Shown: one piece after another, positions 31,955 to 41,717 of the stretch
How the letters are laid out: every line of letters starts with the position of its first letter
Position numbering within the stretch: the stretch's first letter is position 1
Assembly (NCBI GenBank): GCA_963704645.1
Contig: OY969926.1
Coordinates: 992,001 to 1,056,000, forward strand
DNA: 64,000 bases
Origin: an uncultured bacterium
GTDB lineage: Bacteria; Patescibacteriota; JACMRA01
Direction: 5' to 3'
Program-made: the position numbers and the translations under genes
The notes under the pieces: generated by a model
What the model saw: only the letters and a program-made list of their open reading frames with translations
Databases searched by the model: none
What the model was told of the DNA's origin: nothing

Positions 31955-32152
31955 CTATTTCACCAGCCATTTATGAAAGCCAAGATCTACCAAAATCCAA
32001 TGTCTGTATCTGTTAAAAATTAAGAAGAGCAATAAAGATAATGGAACACTAATAATAAATATAACAAAAATGTCTTGGTTAGACCTACTAATGTTTTCTA
32101 TAAAGTTTGGGCCAAAAACCGTATCAAACCAATTTCTAAAATCATTGCTCAT
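31955..32152 (-). CDS. Small membrane protein
   Basis: One TM segment; TTGACC-17-TAAACT promoter immediately upstream. Confidence 0.6.
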   Translation of the reverse strand: MSNDFRNWFDTVFGPNFIENISRSNQDIFVIFIISVPLSLLLFLIFNRYRHWILVDLGFHKWLVK

Positions 32153-32205
32153 GTTGAACTTAGTTTAGCTTAAGTATTATTAAAGGTCAAAAACTTATTA
32201 ATAAA

Positions 32206-32442
32206 CTACCTTTTAAAAATTTTATTTAAAGCAAAAGATGTTATATCTTCAAACAAATTATAACTTTTTCTGGTTAAAGAATTTAGTTGATTTTCTAAAT
32301 TAGCTGCAATCTCTAATGTTCTTTTTCTAAGAATTAGATTGGTTCTCCATAAAGAGATAGCTAAAATAATTCCTGAAAAGCAGAAAATATTAAAAAATAT
32401 TAGGGCTGAAACTTGTAGCCAGTATAAAAAATCGGGTGACAT
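32206..32442 (-). CDS. Small membrane protein
   Basis: N-terminal TM segment plus a short helical tail. Confidence 0.6.
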   Translation of the reverse strand: MSPDFLYWLQVSALIFFNIFCFSGIILAISLWRTNLILRKRTLEIAANLENQLNSLTRKSYNLFEDITSFALNKIFKR

Positions 32443-32589
32443 AAAAATATATTTCTTTTATACTAACCTAATAAAAATTTTTTGACAATTAATGAAACTA
32501 GACTTAGCTTCATAAAATATACTTATTAAATAAGCAGTTAAACAATTTACTTAAAACAAAAATATACGAAAAATTAAAATTCTTTTAAA

Positions 32590-33456
32590 ATGCAATTGAG
32601 TTTAACCATAGATTCGAACAATTTAGACTTGGCAGCCAGTCAACTATGGAATTTTTTGCACCCAGAATTAAATTATCTTAGCCAAAAAGAATGCAAGTTA
32701 GTACATTTAGCTTTTTCTGAAATGGTTGTTGCTCACAATCTACAAAGACGAAAGAGTGGAGAGTTTTACATAATTCACCCAGTCCAGGCTTGTCACACAT
32801 TAGCTCAAATGAAATTGGACGGAGACACATTATCTGCCTGTTTACTTCATGATGTTCCGGAAGACACACAGGTTAGCTTGGAAGATTTAGGAAAAATATT
32901 TAAACCAGAGATTATCTTTTTAGTTTCAGGAGTAACCAAATTAAGCGCAATTAAATATCAGGAAAATGACATTTACGCAAAGAACCTAAGGCGCTTATTT
33001 TTAGCAATGAGTCAGGATTTAAGAGTAATTTTAATTAAACTAGCAGATAGAATTCACAATTTAACAACGTTATCTGCTCTTCCCCCAGAAAAGTCTAAAC
33101 GTATTGCTTTAGAAAGTTTAAAAATTTACGCACCAATAGCTGAAAAATTTGGAATAAATTGGATGAGCTGTTTAATCCAAGAATACGCCCTACCCTACGC
33201 CTACCCAGATTCAAATTACGTTGAAAAAAATGATAAACAAAATCAGGCTGACCGTGATTTGTACTATAAATATGGAATTGCTTTGCTTTGGTCTAAAAAA
33301 TTAATTAGTAGCAGTCAAAAGAAAGTTATTTCAGAAAAACTATCTAAAACAAGCTTACCTTGGTTAGATAAAATTGTAAGTTTGGGAGATGAAAATCTAA
33401 GTGAAGATATATATTTGGAGAAATTATTGTTAGATTTGAACATAAATTTTGCTTGA
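32590..33456 (+). CDS. RelA/SpoT-derived HD-domain (p)ppGpp hydrolase-like protein lacking the synthetase domain
   Basis: AHNLQRRKSGEFYIIHP, LLHDVPED, IKLADRIHN and YAPIA. Confidence 0.85.
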   Translation: MQLSLTIDSNNLDLAASQLWNFLHPELNYLSQKECKLVHLAFSEMVVAHNLQRRKSGEFYIIHPVQACHTLAQMKLDGDTLSACLLHDVPEDTQVSLEDLGKIFKPEIIFLVSGVTKLSAIKYQENDIYAKNLRRLFLAMSQDLRVILIKLADRIHNLTTLSALPPEKSKRIALESLKIYAPIAEKFGINWMSCLIQEYALPYAYPDSNYVEKNDKQNQADRDLYYKYGIALLWSKKLISSSQKKVISEKLSKTSLPWLDKIVSLGDENLSEDIYLEKLLLDLNINFA

Positions 33457-33491
33457 CATTGCTTTTAAAGTAAGCAATTTTTAAAGCTATT

Positions 33492-34649
33492 ATGACCTTT
33501 TTTACTTTGAATCAAAAAGATATAATTCAGGCTTTTAGCTTAATTAATTTAATCAGCCCAAGAAAAAGTGATGTGGAATTGTTTACATTCACCAAAGTAC
33601 AAATTGATCAAAACGAAACAATTTTAGAATCTTTTAACCCTAACGTTTCTTATCAAATTAAATTACCAGCCGCTAAACCATATAATGTGGTTAATGGAAT
33701 TTCTTTCTTAATTAAAACTGACTTACTAGTTAATTGTGTAGCTTTACTAAATGAAGATCAAATTGGCTTTGAAGTAGACCTAACCAAACAAACTATTGTT
33801 GTTCAAGGTTCTAAGTCTAAACACACTTTAAGAATTGAAACAGCGCTTTTAGACCAATTTAATTTACCAACCGGAAATGGAAATATTATCACTGAAGTTG
33901 AAGTAAAAACTGCGGAATTATTAAGAGGAAATAAAGTTGCCAAAGTGGCAGTAGGTAACCCAAGAACTACTTATCAGAATGAATTTTTAAATATTTGCTA
34001 CACTTTAAAACCAAATTCCAAACTGGCTGTTGTATCTTCAGACAAACTAAGATTGGCAATTTCAGAAATTTCTGCAGAATACAGTAGTGTTTTAGAAGAA
34101 CCAAAAAATATTTTAATTCCAACCAAAGCTGTAGATTTATTAGAAAATATTGCCGCAGATGCTGAAAAAATTAAATTAAAAATTGAAGAGGATTTTATTT
34201 GGGTTGAAAATAACAATCAAAAACTAGGTATCAGACAAGCATCTGGAAGCTATGCACCTTACGAAAGAATTATTCCGCAAAGTTTTGCCTGTAACTTTAA
34301 CTTGAATACTAAAGATTTTGTAACAGCCCTTAAACAAGTTTACTTTTCAGCCAAAGCCAATACAGTAAACAAAACCACACAAATACAAGTTCAACCAAAT
34401 AACAAGAAAATGGTTTTAAGTTCACAAACCAGCGATGGATATTCTAGTGAAACTGTATTGGACATTCTTACTTATGAAGGTACTTTAGAAGACTGGTCAC
34501 AATCTTTTAACGCCGACTTTTTATTAGATTATTTAGTTTTAGTTGAAAGCGACAATCTTGTTTGGGAAAGCAACCCAGGCAAACCAACCATCCTTTCACC
34601 CGAAGGCAAGAAAGACAAAGAATTTTATTTGGTGAGCGGGCTGAGGTAG
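33492..34649 (+). CDS. dnaN: DNA polymerase III beta sliding clamp
   Basis: 385 aa; VSSDKLRLA, ILIPTKAV, GSYAPYERIIP and FNADFLLDYL motifs. Confidence 0.85.
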   Translation: MTFFTLNQKDIIQAFSLINLISPRKSDVELFTFTKVQIDQNETILESFNPNVSYQIKLPAAKPYNVVNGISFLIKTDLLVNCVALLNEDQIGFEVDLTKQTIVVQGSKSKHTLRIETALLDQFNLPTGNGNIITEVEVKTAELLRGNKVAKVAVGNPRTTYQNEFLNICYTLKPNSKLAVVSSDKLRLAISEISAEYSSVLEEPKNILIPTKAVDLLENIAADAEKIKLKIEEDFIWVENNNQKLGIRQASGSYAPYERIIPQSFACNFNLNTKDFVTALKQVYFSAKANTVNKTTQIQVQPNNKKMVLSSQTSDGYSSETVLDILTYEGTLEDWSQSFNADFLLDYLVLVESDNLVWESNPGKPTILSPEGKKDKEFYLVSGLR

Positions 34650-34691
34650 TTGAAATTAAGATACACAATTGTACTGATTTGAGCTGTGGGC

Positions 34692-34716
34692 GTAGGGGAG
34701 ATATTTACTATCTCCC
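34692..34716 (+). repeat. GTAG-type REP
   Basis: GTAG-GGGAGATA-TTTAC-TATCTCCC. Confidence 0.7.
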
Positions 34717-34920
34717 AGGCAAAGTGAAGGGAGGTGAGAAAAGAAATACAACCACAATCCCGCACACCCAAACTACCCCTAAGCCTTACAGCCTGACCCA
34801 TTGCCAGGGGTAATTTCCCCTAGTACTCTACAATAACCTCCCAACTTCTTTTATTGAGAAGGATTATATCTAAGATACTATTTATTTGACCAAAATAACA
34901 TAAAGCTCAACTTATAAACC

Positions 34921-35319
34921 ATGTCCTACAAAATTCAAAAAACCGAAGAAGAATGGAAACAGATATTAACCCCTGAGCAATATCATATTTTACGTGAAAG
35001 AGGAACTGAAGCTGCATTTTGCGGCTTACTTTATAATAACCACAAAGCAGGTAAATATACTTGTGGAGCCTGCCGAACAGCAATTTTTGCCTCAGATAAT
35101 AAGTTTGAGTCTGGAACAGGTTGGCCTAGCTTTTTTCAACCAATTTCTGATGAATTATTAGAATTAAAAGAGGATAGAGCTTATGGAATGCTTCGAACAG
35201 AAGTAAATTGTGGAACTTGCGGTAGTCATTTAGGTCATGTGTTTAATGACGGCCCTGCCCCAACAGGACAACGCTACTGCATTAATTCAGAAGCACTAAT
35301 TTTTGAAGAGAATAAATAG
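34921..35319 (+). CDS. msrB: Peptide-methionine (R)-S-oxide reductase
   Basis: KFESGTGWPSF and HLGHVFNDGPAPTGQRYCINS. Confidence 0.97.
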   Translation: MSYKIQKTEEEWKQILTPEQYHILRERGTEAAFCGLLYNNHKAGKYTCGACRTAIFASDNKFESGTGWPSFFQPISDELLELKEDRAYGMLRTEVNCGTCGSHLGHVFNDGPAPTGQRYCINSEALIFEENK

Positions 35320-35367
35320 CAAATAAAAAAACTGCCAAGAGGAGGCAGAGCAATTGTCTTTTATTAA

Positions 35368-35727
35368 CTAGTTTTGAATTTCTTCAAGTTCAAAGGGCTT
35401 ATCGAACGTAACGCTGTTAACCAAAAGAGTAATGTTATTTTTAAGTAAAATATTCACCAATTTTAAAAAACATATATTATTGGGGTCTGCCATATTAATG
35501 CTTGTTGCATTAAAGGTTAACCAATTTGGAGGTGTTAAAGTGGCATCAAGATTACCATCAACGTAATAACTCCACCCTTGCTCTTCAACCAAGCTCTGGA
35601 TCAAAGCGTTAGTTGTATCATTCAGCAAGCTAGTATCGTGCTTCATGATATAAAACGATAAACAGTTAGGGAAACAAATACTAGCATAAGTATCTGCCTC
35701 AAGTCTAAAGATTGTTTTTCTTTCCAC
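35368..35727 (-). CDS. Hypothetical orphan protein
   Basis: AAGGTG SD, GTG start, TTTACA-17-TATTAA promoter and a hairpin at ~35326-35350. Confidence 0.6.
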   Translation of the reverse strand: MERKTIFRLEADTYASICFPNCLSFYIMKHDTSLLNDTTNALIQSLVEEQGWSYYVDGNLDATLTPPNWLTFNATSINMADPNNICFLKLVNILLKNNITLLVNSVTFDKPFELEEIQN

Positions 35728-35800
35728 ACTACACCTTAAAATTAATCAGTTTTTACTTTCATTTAATAGCACAAACTATGTTGGATGTAAACCCTTAAAA

Positions 35801-37312
35801 TTACTTGTCTAAATAAGCTTGTATTTCGGAGGCTAGACCTTCAATCTTTGTGCAATAATCACCATTTGGGTTGTAAATACGCCATTTTCTACAGTCTGAT
35901 ACTCCCCTATCATTAAAACTTTTGTACCACTTCCCAAAACCTTCAACACCGTCTTCCCAAGTATTATAACCTGAACTAGAACTGCCAGTTAAACCTATTG
36001 AATAAATATTTTTATAAGTATTTGGTCTTGTTGGGTTGCCTGAAGAGGTAAATCTGTCTGTTCCAAACCTTGATTCGTTTCTTGCCAAAGCCAATACATA
36101 TTTTAACGGAGCGTTGTATTTAATTGAAACATCTAAGTATTTGGCTGGATGTACAGGGGAAGTATAATCTCTGTCGTAAACATCGTAAGAACGATACTGA
36201 GCAATATATTTTTCAATTTTTTCAATTGTCTTTATATATTCAACTTTCGTGGAGGACAATTTAGCTTCTTCCTGAACTTTTTCTGCAGTTATAGAACTTA
36301 ATTTGTCATAAGAGCCAACTCCAAAAATTCCCAATAAAGATGAATCTGTAGAGGTTTTTACAGCCGCAGCTGCCCCTAAAGAGCTATTTTCTTGAATATT
36401 TTGTTTGACCTGTTCAATATTTAATACAGAACTAAACTGGGCAAACTCTTCCTCCGACTGTTCGTTAATGGCCAAACAAGTTTTAGGATTGATTAATTCC
36501 GAAAGTAATTGACCATCAGTTTTGTCTTTACTACATGTATTAGCACTAACAGGGTTGGTTTTTAACAAGAATTCCTCGTCGTTACTTAAACCATCGTTGT
36601 CTAAGTCTTCGGTTTTATCTGAACGCACGTTGGCATTATTAAGCTTAATCCATTTAGAATACTCATCATCTTCAACTTCTTTTTGCACTGTTTCTGAAAC
36701 TCCTGCAACTTGGCCAAAAGATGTTACACCTCTTAGTGAGTTAAAGTTTGTAGCTGTAATTACAATTAAACCCAACAAAATAGAAACAACAGCTATTTTG
36801 ATTAAAGAATTTTGTTTAGATTTTAAAAACTTTTTTTTCTTGATGATTGGATGGTTAGGCAAGTCTGAATCATACAATTTGTGCTGAATAGCGTCAAATT
36901 TAAATTCATTTTTTATGGAACTAGTATTTGAATTTAAAGATTCTAACTTAGCTGCTTCTTGAAGCTTTTGCAAGGATTTTGATATTACTTCTAAACTTGG
37001 CTTATCTGAAATAATTTTAACTGGAAGCAGCCTTGATTTAATTTTAACAGGAAGTAAATAAGCAGTATTTTTATTAACAGTAGTAATTGCAACACTTAAC
37101 TTAGACAGATTTTTAAGAGTAGGCTTATTTTCACTTTTAAATTCATACATTCTACCTTTTCCAATGTTTGCCTGTACAAACTTAACAGAGTTGGATTTAG
37201 GGCTAGATTTTAATCCATAATCAATAATACTTACATCATCATCTTGATAATCTAAGCCTGCAGTCCAGCTTGGTTCAGCGGAAGAAAATGTTAGGGAATC
37301 TAAATTTTTCAT
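35801..37312 (-). CDS. Membrane-anchored protein with a TSP3-like Ca-binding repeat and a C-terminal lysozyme/glucosaminidase-like domain
   Basis: TM segment IAVVSILLGLIVI; DLDNDGLSNDEEFLLKTNP; LALARNESRFG...NIYSIG...YNTWEDGV...YNP. Confidence 0.7.
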   Translation of the reverse strand: MKNLDSLTFSSAEPSWTAGLDYQDDDVSIIDYGLKSSPKSNSVKFVQANIGKGRMYEFKSENKPTLKNLSKLSVAITTVNKNTAYLLPVKIKSRLLPVKIISDKPSLEVISKSLQKLQEAAKLESLNSNTSSIKNEFKFDAIQHKLYDSDLPNHPIIKKKKFLKSKQNSLIKIAVVSILLGLIVITATNFNSLRGVTSFGQVAGVSETVQKEVEDDEYSKWIKLNNANVRSDKTEDLDNDGLSNDEEFLLKTNPVSANTCSKDKTDGQLLSELINPKTCLAINEQSEEEFAQFSSVLNIEQVKQNIQENSSLGAAAAVKTSTDSSLLGIFGVGSYDKLSSITAEKVQEEAKLSSTKVEYIKTIEKIEKYIAQYRSYDVYDRDYTSPVHPAKYLDVSIKYNAPLKYVLALARNESRFGTDRFTSSGNPTRPNTYKNIYSIGLTGSSSSGYNTWEDGVEGFGKWYKSFNDRGVSDCRKWRIYNPNGDYCTKIEGLASEIQAYLDK

Positions 37313-37415
37313 TACTTACGGGGTTTACTTTCACAGTGTAACACAGAATTACTATATAATCAACCTTTTTAATGAGTGTGAAAAGCACTGATAACATTTT
37401 ACTACAAATTTTTCA

Positions 37416-37440
37416 AAATAAAACAAGCCCCTTTCGGGGC
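37416..37440 (-). terminator. tuf terminator
   Basis: GCCCC-GAAA-GGGGC followed by TTGTTTTATTTT on the minus strand. Confidence 0.75.
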
Positions 37441-37470
37441 CTATTGGTTAGAATTATTCTAAAAAGTTAA

Positions 37471-38658
37471 TTACTTAACAATTTTGGTTACAATTCCAGC
37501 GCCAATTGTTCTTCCACCTTCACGAATAGAAAATCTCATTCCGTCTTCAATAGCAATTGGTTTTTCTAATACAACTTTTATGGCTACATCTAAATCTCCT
37601 GGCAATACCATTGGTTTTGCTGCATCTACGAATTGTAAAGATCCTGTTACGTCTGTAGTTCTAATGTAGAACTGTGGTTTGTATCCAGGAAGAATAGGAG
37701 TGTGTCTTCCACCTTCTTCTTTAGTTAAAACGTAAAGATTTGCTTCAAATTCTGTGTGTGGAGTAACAGATCCTGGTTTAACAAGAACTTGTCCTCTTTC
37801 AACTTGGTCTTTAGCAATTCCTCTTAGTAATAATCCTGCGTTGTCTCCAGCCATACCTTTGTCTAACTGTTTGTTAAACATTTCAATTCCGGTTACAACT
37901 GTAGTTTGTGTGTCAGTTAAACCTACAAGTTCAACAGTATCATTTAAGTTAATAGTTCCTCTTTCAATTCTACCTGTTACTACAGTACCTCTACCTGTAA
38001 TTGAGAATACATCTTCAATAGCCATTAATGCTGGTTTGTCTGTATCTCTTTGTGGGTTTTCAATATATGTGTCTAAAGTATCTAGTAAATCTTGAATTTT
38101 AGCTTCCCATTTTGCATCACCTTCTAATGCTTTCAAAGCTGAACCTTGAATAATTGGAGTTTCTTCGCCGTTGAAACCGTACTTCGTTAATAGTTCTCTA
38201 ATTTCTTCTTCAACTAACATAATCATTTCTTCATCATCAACCATGTCGCACTTGTTTAAGAATACAACCATCTTAGGTACACCAACTTGTCTAGCCAAAA
38301 GAATATGTTCTCTTGTTTGAGGCATTGGTCCGTCTGTAGCAGCAACTACTAAAATTGCAGCATCCATTTGAGCAGCACCGGTAATCATGTTTTTAACATA
38401 ATCAGCGTGACCTGGACAGTCAACGTGAGCATAGTGCCTTACAGCTGTTTCGTACTCTACGTGAGCAGTATTAATAGTAATACCTCTTGCTTTTTCTTCT
38501 GGGGCGGAGTCAATAGAGGCATAGTCTCTAGCTTTTGAGTGTCCTGTTTTTGCAGCATATGTTGTAATAGCTGCGGTCAATGTAGTCTTCCCGTGATCTA
38601 CGTGACCAATTGTTCCAATGTTAACGTGAACTTTACTTCTGTCGAATACAGCGGCCAT
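37471..38658 (-). CDS. tuf: Elongation factor Tu
   Basis: [26 protein letters not shown] and NKCD; the likely start is ATG 38658 (MAAVFDRSK). Confidence 0.98.
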   Translation of the reverse strand: MAAVFDRSKVHVNIGTIGHVDHGKTTLTAAITTYAAKTGHSKARDYASIDSAPEEKARGITINTAHVEYETAVRHYAHVDCPGHADYVKNMITGAAQMDAAILVVAATDGPMPQTREHILLARQVGVPKMVVFLNKCDMVDDEEMIMLVEEEIRELLTKYGFNGEETPIIQGSALKALEGDAKWEAKIQDLLDTLDTYIENPQRDTDKPALMAIEDVFSITGRGTVVTGRIERGTINLNDTVELVGLTDTQTTVVTGIEMFNKQLDKGMAGDNAGLLLRGIAKDQVERGQVLVKPGSVTPHTEFEANLYVLTKEEGGRHTPILPGYKPQFYIRTTDVTGSLQFVDAAKPMVLPGDLDVAIKVVLEKPIAIEDGMRFSIREGGRTIGAGIVTKIVK

Positions 38659-38772
38659 AAAATGATAAATATAATTAATTGTTGAGCGTCTAAAAAAGAT
38701 TTGCGCTAAAGTAATCCAAAGACAATGCTGTGTGTTTGTCAAGAATTTTTTTTTACAGTAGTATTAGTTAAA

Positions 38773-41127
38773 ATGGCGGATACTAATTTAAATCCAAACA
38801 CAAATTCGGCTGGTAACAACGCCCGATTTACTCCACGTCCAGGGGCGGGTTCGTTGCAACCTACTAATTTTGGACAGAATAATCAAAATTTAGGGGCTAG
38901 TATTCAGAATAATACAACGGTTAGAGGTGCATATGGAAATTGGACAGGTCAAAATGTACAAATGCCAATGCAAAACCAAAATGTAAGACCGGCGAATACC
39001 CAATTCCAAGGCTCGCCTATTCGACCAAATTCGGCACCACAGTTTTACCCAAATCAACCAAACAACCCTAACACTCCTAATCAAAACCCAAATCAACAGT
39101 TTAACAGGCCTCAAGCTTATAATAGCCAACCTTTCGCTCCAAATCAGAATCAGAATGGTAGGCCAAACCTTGCACCAAGACAAGTATCACCTTCTCCACA
39201 AGCAATTCCAAATAAACCACCGTCCGGATTTTTTGGAAATTTGTTTGCTCCAGGCCCTGCACCTATAGATTTAAGAAAAGTAGATAGAAACAGCCCCGAC
39301 TTCTTGAAACAACTTTCTCCTGCAGATCTACGTAGAGAAGTAATTCAAACCGAAATTGATATTCAAAAAACCTTAATTGATACAGAAAAAGCTTATCGTG
39401 AAGGGGTTTCTACTATACGTGATTTAATTTCGCCAAGCGCAGTAAAAATTAACACAGGTTATATTGAAATTGGTACTAAAATTTGTAGAAGCTTCTTTAT
39501 TTTAGCTTATCCTAAGGTTATTAACAGCGAATGGCTGGAAGGTGTGGTAAACACTGACATAGCTTTTGATTTATCAATTTTTGTATATCCACGGGACTCT
39601 TCAGAAGTATTAAAAGAATTGAAAGGTAAAGTTGGTAAAATTCAAGCTTCTTTGCAGCTTAACTCAGAAAAAGGTGCTGCTAGAGATCCTGCCCTTGAAA
39701 CTGCTTACCGTGACGTTGAAGGTCTTCGTGACGCAATTCAGCAAGGTGTTGAAAAATTCTTTAGACTAGGAATTTACATTACTATTTACGCTGATAATAC
39801 TGATCAATTAGAAAAATCTAGCCAAGCTTTGGAAGGTTTACTAAGTCAACAAAACATTGTAATGAAAAGAGCTGCCTTGCAAATGGATGACGGCTTTAAT
39901 TCTTCTTTACCTATTTTAAAAGACGATTTGAACGTTATTTACAACATGAATACTAGCCCACTTTCGGCCGCTTTTCCTTTCGTTTCTTCAGAATTAAGTT
40001 CTAATGATGGTATTTTATACGGAATTAATAGACACAACACTTCCTTAATTATTTTTGATAGATTTGGACTAGAAAACGCTAACTCTGTGGTGTTTGCTAC
40101 ATCTGGAGCTGGAAAAAGTTTTGCCGTAAAGCTTGAAATTTTAAGAAGTTTAATGGTTGGTGTAAACGTTATTGTTATTGATCCTGAACAAGAATACAAA
40201 GTTTTAGCCGACACTTTAGGAGGAGCTTATGTGAACATGAGTTTGAACTCTAACAACCGTATTAACCCATTCGATTTGCCAAAAGCTTTACCAGGAGAAA
40301 GTACAGCCGACATTTTAAGAAGCGCTATTATTGATATTATTGGTTTGATGAACTTAATGCTTGGAAAACTAAACCCAAGCGAGCTTTCTATTATGGAAAG
40401 GGCAATTTCAGAAGCCTATGCAAAGCGTGATATTACTGATACCAGCGATTTAAACACTGTTATTCCTCCAACCATGCAAGATTTAGTGGAAATTTTGAAC
40501 GGAATTGTGGGTGGAGAAAGTTTAGCCCAAAGGTTATACCGTTACACCGAAGGTACTTTTGCTGGAATTTTTAACCAACGAACAAATATTAACATTAGTA
40601 ATAATTTTATTGTATTTAACATTCGTGATTTGCAGGAACAATTACGCCCAATTGCTATGTATATTTTGCTGAACTACATTTGGAACGAAGTTAGATCTAG
40701 CTTGCAAAAAAGAATTTTGGCTATTGATGAAGCCTGGATTATGATGCAATATGAAGATTCGGCTAGATTTTTGTATGGGTTGGCAAAACGTGCTAGAAAA
40801 TATTATTTGGGAATTACCACTATCACCCAAGATGTAGGAGATTTCTTAAACTCACCTTTTGGAAAGCCTATTGTTACCAACGCTGCTATGAAAATTTTGT
40901 TGAAGCAGTCTACCGCAGCTATTGATGGTGTGGCTAATGCTTTTGCTTTAACCGAAGGAGAAAAACAAGTTTTACTACAAAGCGAAGTAGGACAAGGAAT
41001 TTTCTTCGCAGGGCCAAGACATGTAGCTATTGAAATTGTAGCTTTCCCAACAGAATATAGAATTATTACTACCAACCCTAAGGATATATTGAAGAGCCAA
41101 GGCTTGGAAGATTCTGGAGTGCAGTAG
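38773..41127 (+). CDS. VirB4/TraC-like ATPase with an N/Q/P-rich N-terminal extension
   Basis: Walker A ATSGAGKS, VIDPEQEY, INPFD, Walker B IDEAW and KRARKY. Confidence 0.85.
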   Translation: MADTNLNPNTNSAGNNARFTPRPGAGSLQPTNFGQNNQNLGASIQNNTTVRGAYGNWTGQNVQMPMQNQNVRPANTQFQGSPIRPNSAPQFYPNQPNNPNTPNQNPNQQFNRPQAYNSQPFAPNQNQNGRPNLAPRQVSPSPQAIPNKPPSGFFGNLFAPGPAPIDLRKVDRNSPDFLKQLSPADLRREVIQTEIDIQKTLIDTEKAYREGVSTIRDLISPSAVKINTGYIEIGTKICRSFFILAYPKVINSEWLEGVVNTDIAFDLSIFVYPRDSSEVLKELKGKVGKIQASLQLNSEKGAARDPALETAYRDVEGLRDAIQQGVEKFFRLGIYITIYADNTDQLEKSSQALEGLLSQQNIVMKRAALQMDDGFNSSLPILKDDLNVIYNMNTSPLSAAFPFVSSELSSNDGILYGINRHNTSLIIFDRFGLENANSVVFATSGAGKSFAVKLEILRSLMVGVNVIVIDPEQEYKVLADTLGGAYVNMSLNSNNRINPFDLPKALPGESTADILRSAIIDIIGLMNLMLGKLNPSELSIMERAISEAYAKRDITDTSDLNTVIPPTMQDLVEILNGIVGGESLAQRLYRYTEGTFAGIFNQRTNINISNNFIVFNIRDLQEQLRPIAMYILLNYIWNEVRSSLQKRILAIDEAWIMMQYEDSARFLYGLAKRARKYYLGITTITQDVGDFLNSPFGKPIVTNAAMKILLKQSTAAIDGVANAFALTEGEKQVLLQSEVGQGIFFAGPRHVAIEIVAFPTEYRIITTNPKDILKSQGLEDSGVQ

Positions 41128-41226
41128 GTTTTTTAAAATTCTGAGTGAGGAGTTGTGGTTTCAAAACTTTTTGGAAAATAAAAAATTCCACCATAGGGGG
41201 CGGAAGAGTATTAGAAGTGAGATATT

Positions 41227-41571
41227 TCAAATATTATTAAGGGGAATTATTCGACTTACAAGTTCGACATTACTAGCTATAGTCCAGATAAAATATTCAG
41301 TAGCAGTACACTCGAATACAGCTGGGTAAATAGTAAGAGGCTTGAATTGCCAATTAGTTTCTGTTAGATTTGTTTCATAAAGCGAAACACGCTGATTTTG
41401 GTTAGCTTCATCCATCATACCATGTATTATTTTACACTTACGAAATGTTGCGCCGTGATAACAACTTCTCATAATTCTATGCCAATCCAAGTGAAGATGG
41501 GAAGAAACTATATCACGAAAATTCCCATCGCCTACTTCATATTTAGTCAGTCCTTCAGTTGAAATTGCCAT
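41227..41571 (-). CDS. Hypothetical orphan protein
   Basis: AGGTG SD 6 nt before ATG 41571; TTGACC promoter upstream; hairpin at ~41181-41208. Confidence 0.6.
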   Translation of the reverse strand: MAISTEGLTKYEVGDGNFRDIVSSHLHLDWHRIMRSCYHGATFRKCKIIHGMMDEANQNQRVSLYETNLTETNWQFKPLTIYPAVFECTATEYFIWTIASNVELVSRIIPLNNI

Positions 41572-41662
41572 TCTATTCACCTAACAAAAATAAATCTAAT
41601 TCTATTCATTTAAAACACACTTTTGTGCCTTGGTCAATGATGAACTACTTGCTTTAAAGTTT

Positions 41663-41689
41663 AGACACTGAAATAAATTCAGGGTGACA
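41663..41689. repeat. Second palindromic repeat family, copy 1
   Basis: AGACACTGAAATAAATTCAGGGTGACA; related copies at 47014-47040 and 44347-44365. Confidence 0.65.
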
Positions 41690-41717
41690 ATTTATCTAAT
41701 TTAGGACGAAAATGAAA

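Noticed and set aside
38659-38772. N-terminal extensions of tuf (38742) and the VirB4-like gene (38725) in the ORF track
   Set aside because: They overlap each other and the divergent promoter region; downstream ATGs fit better.
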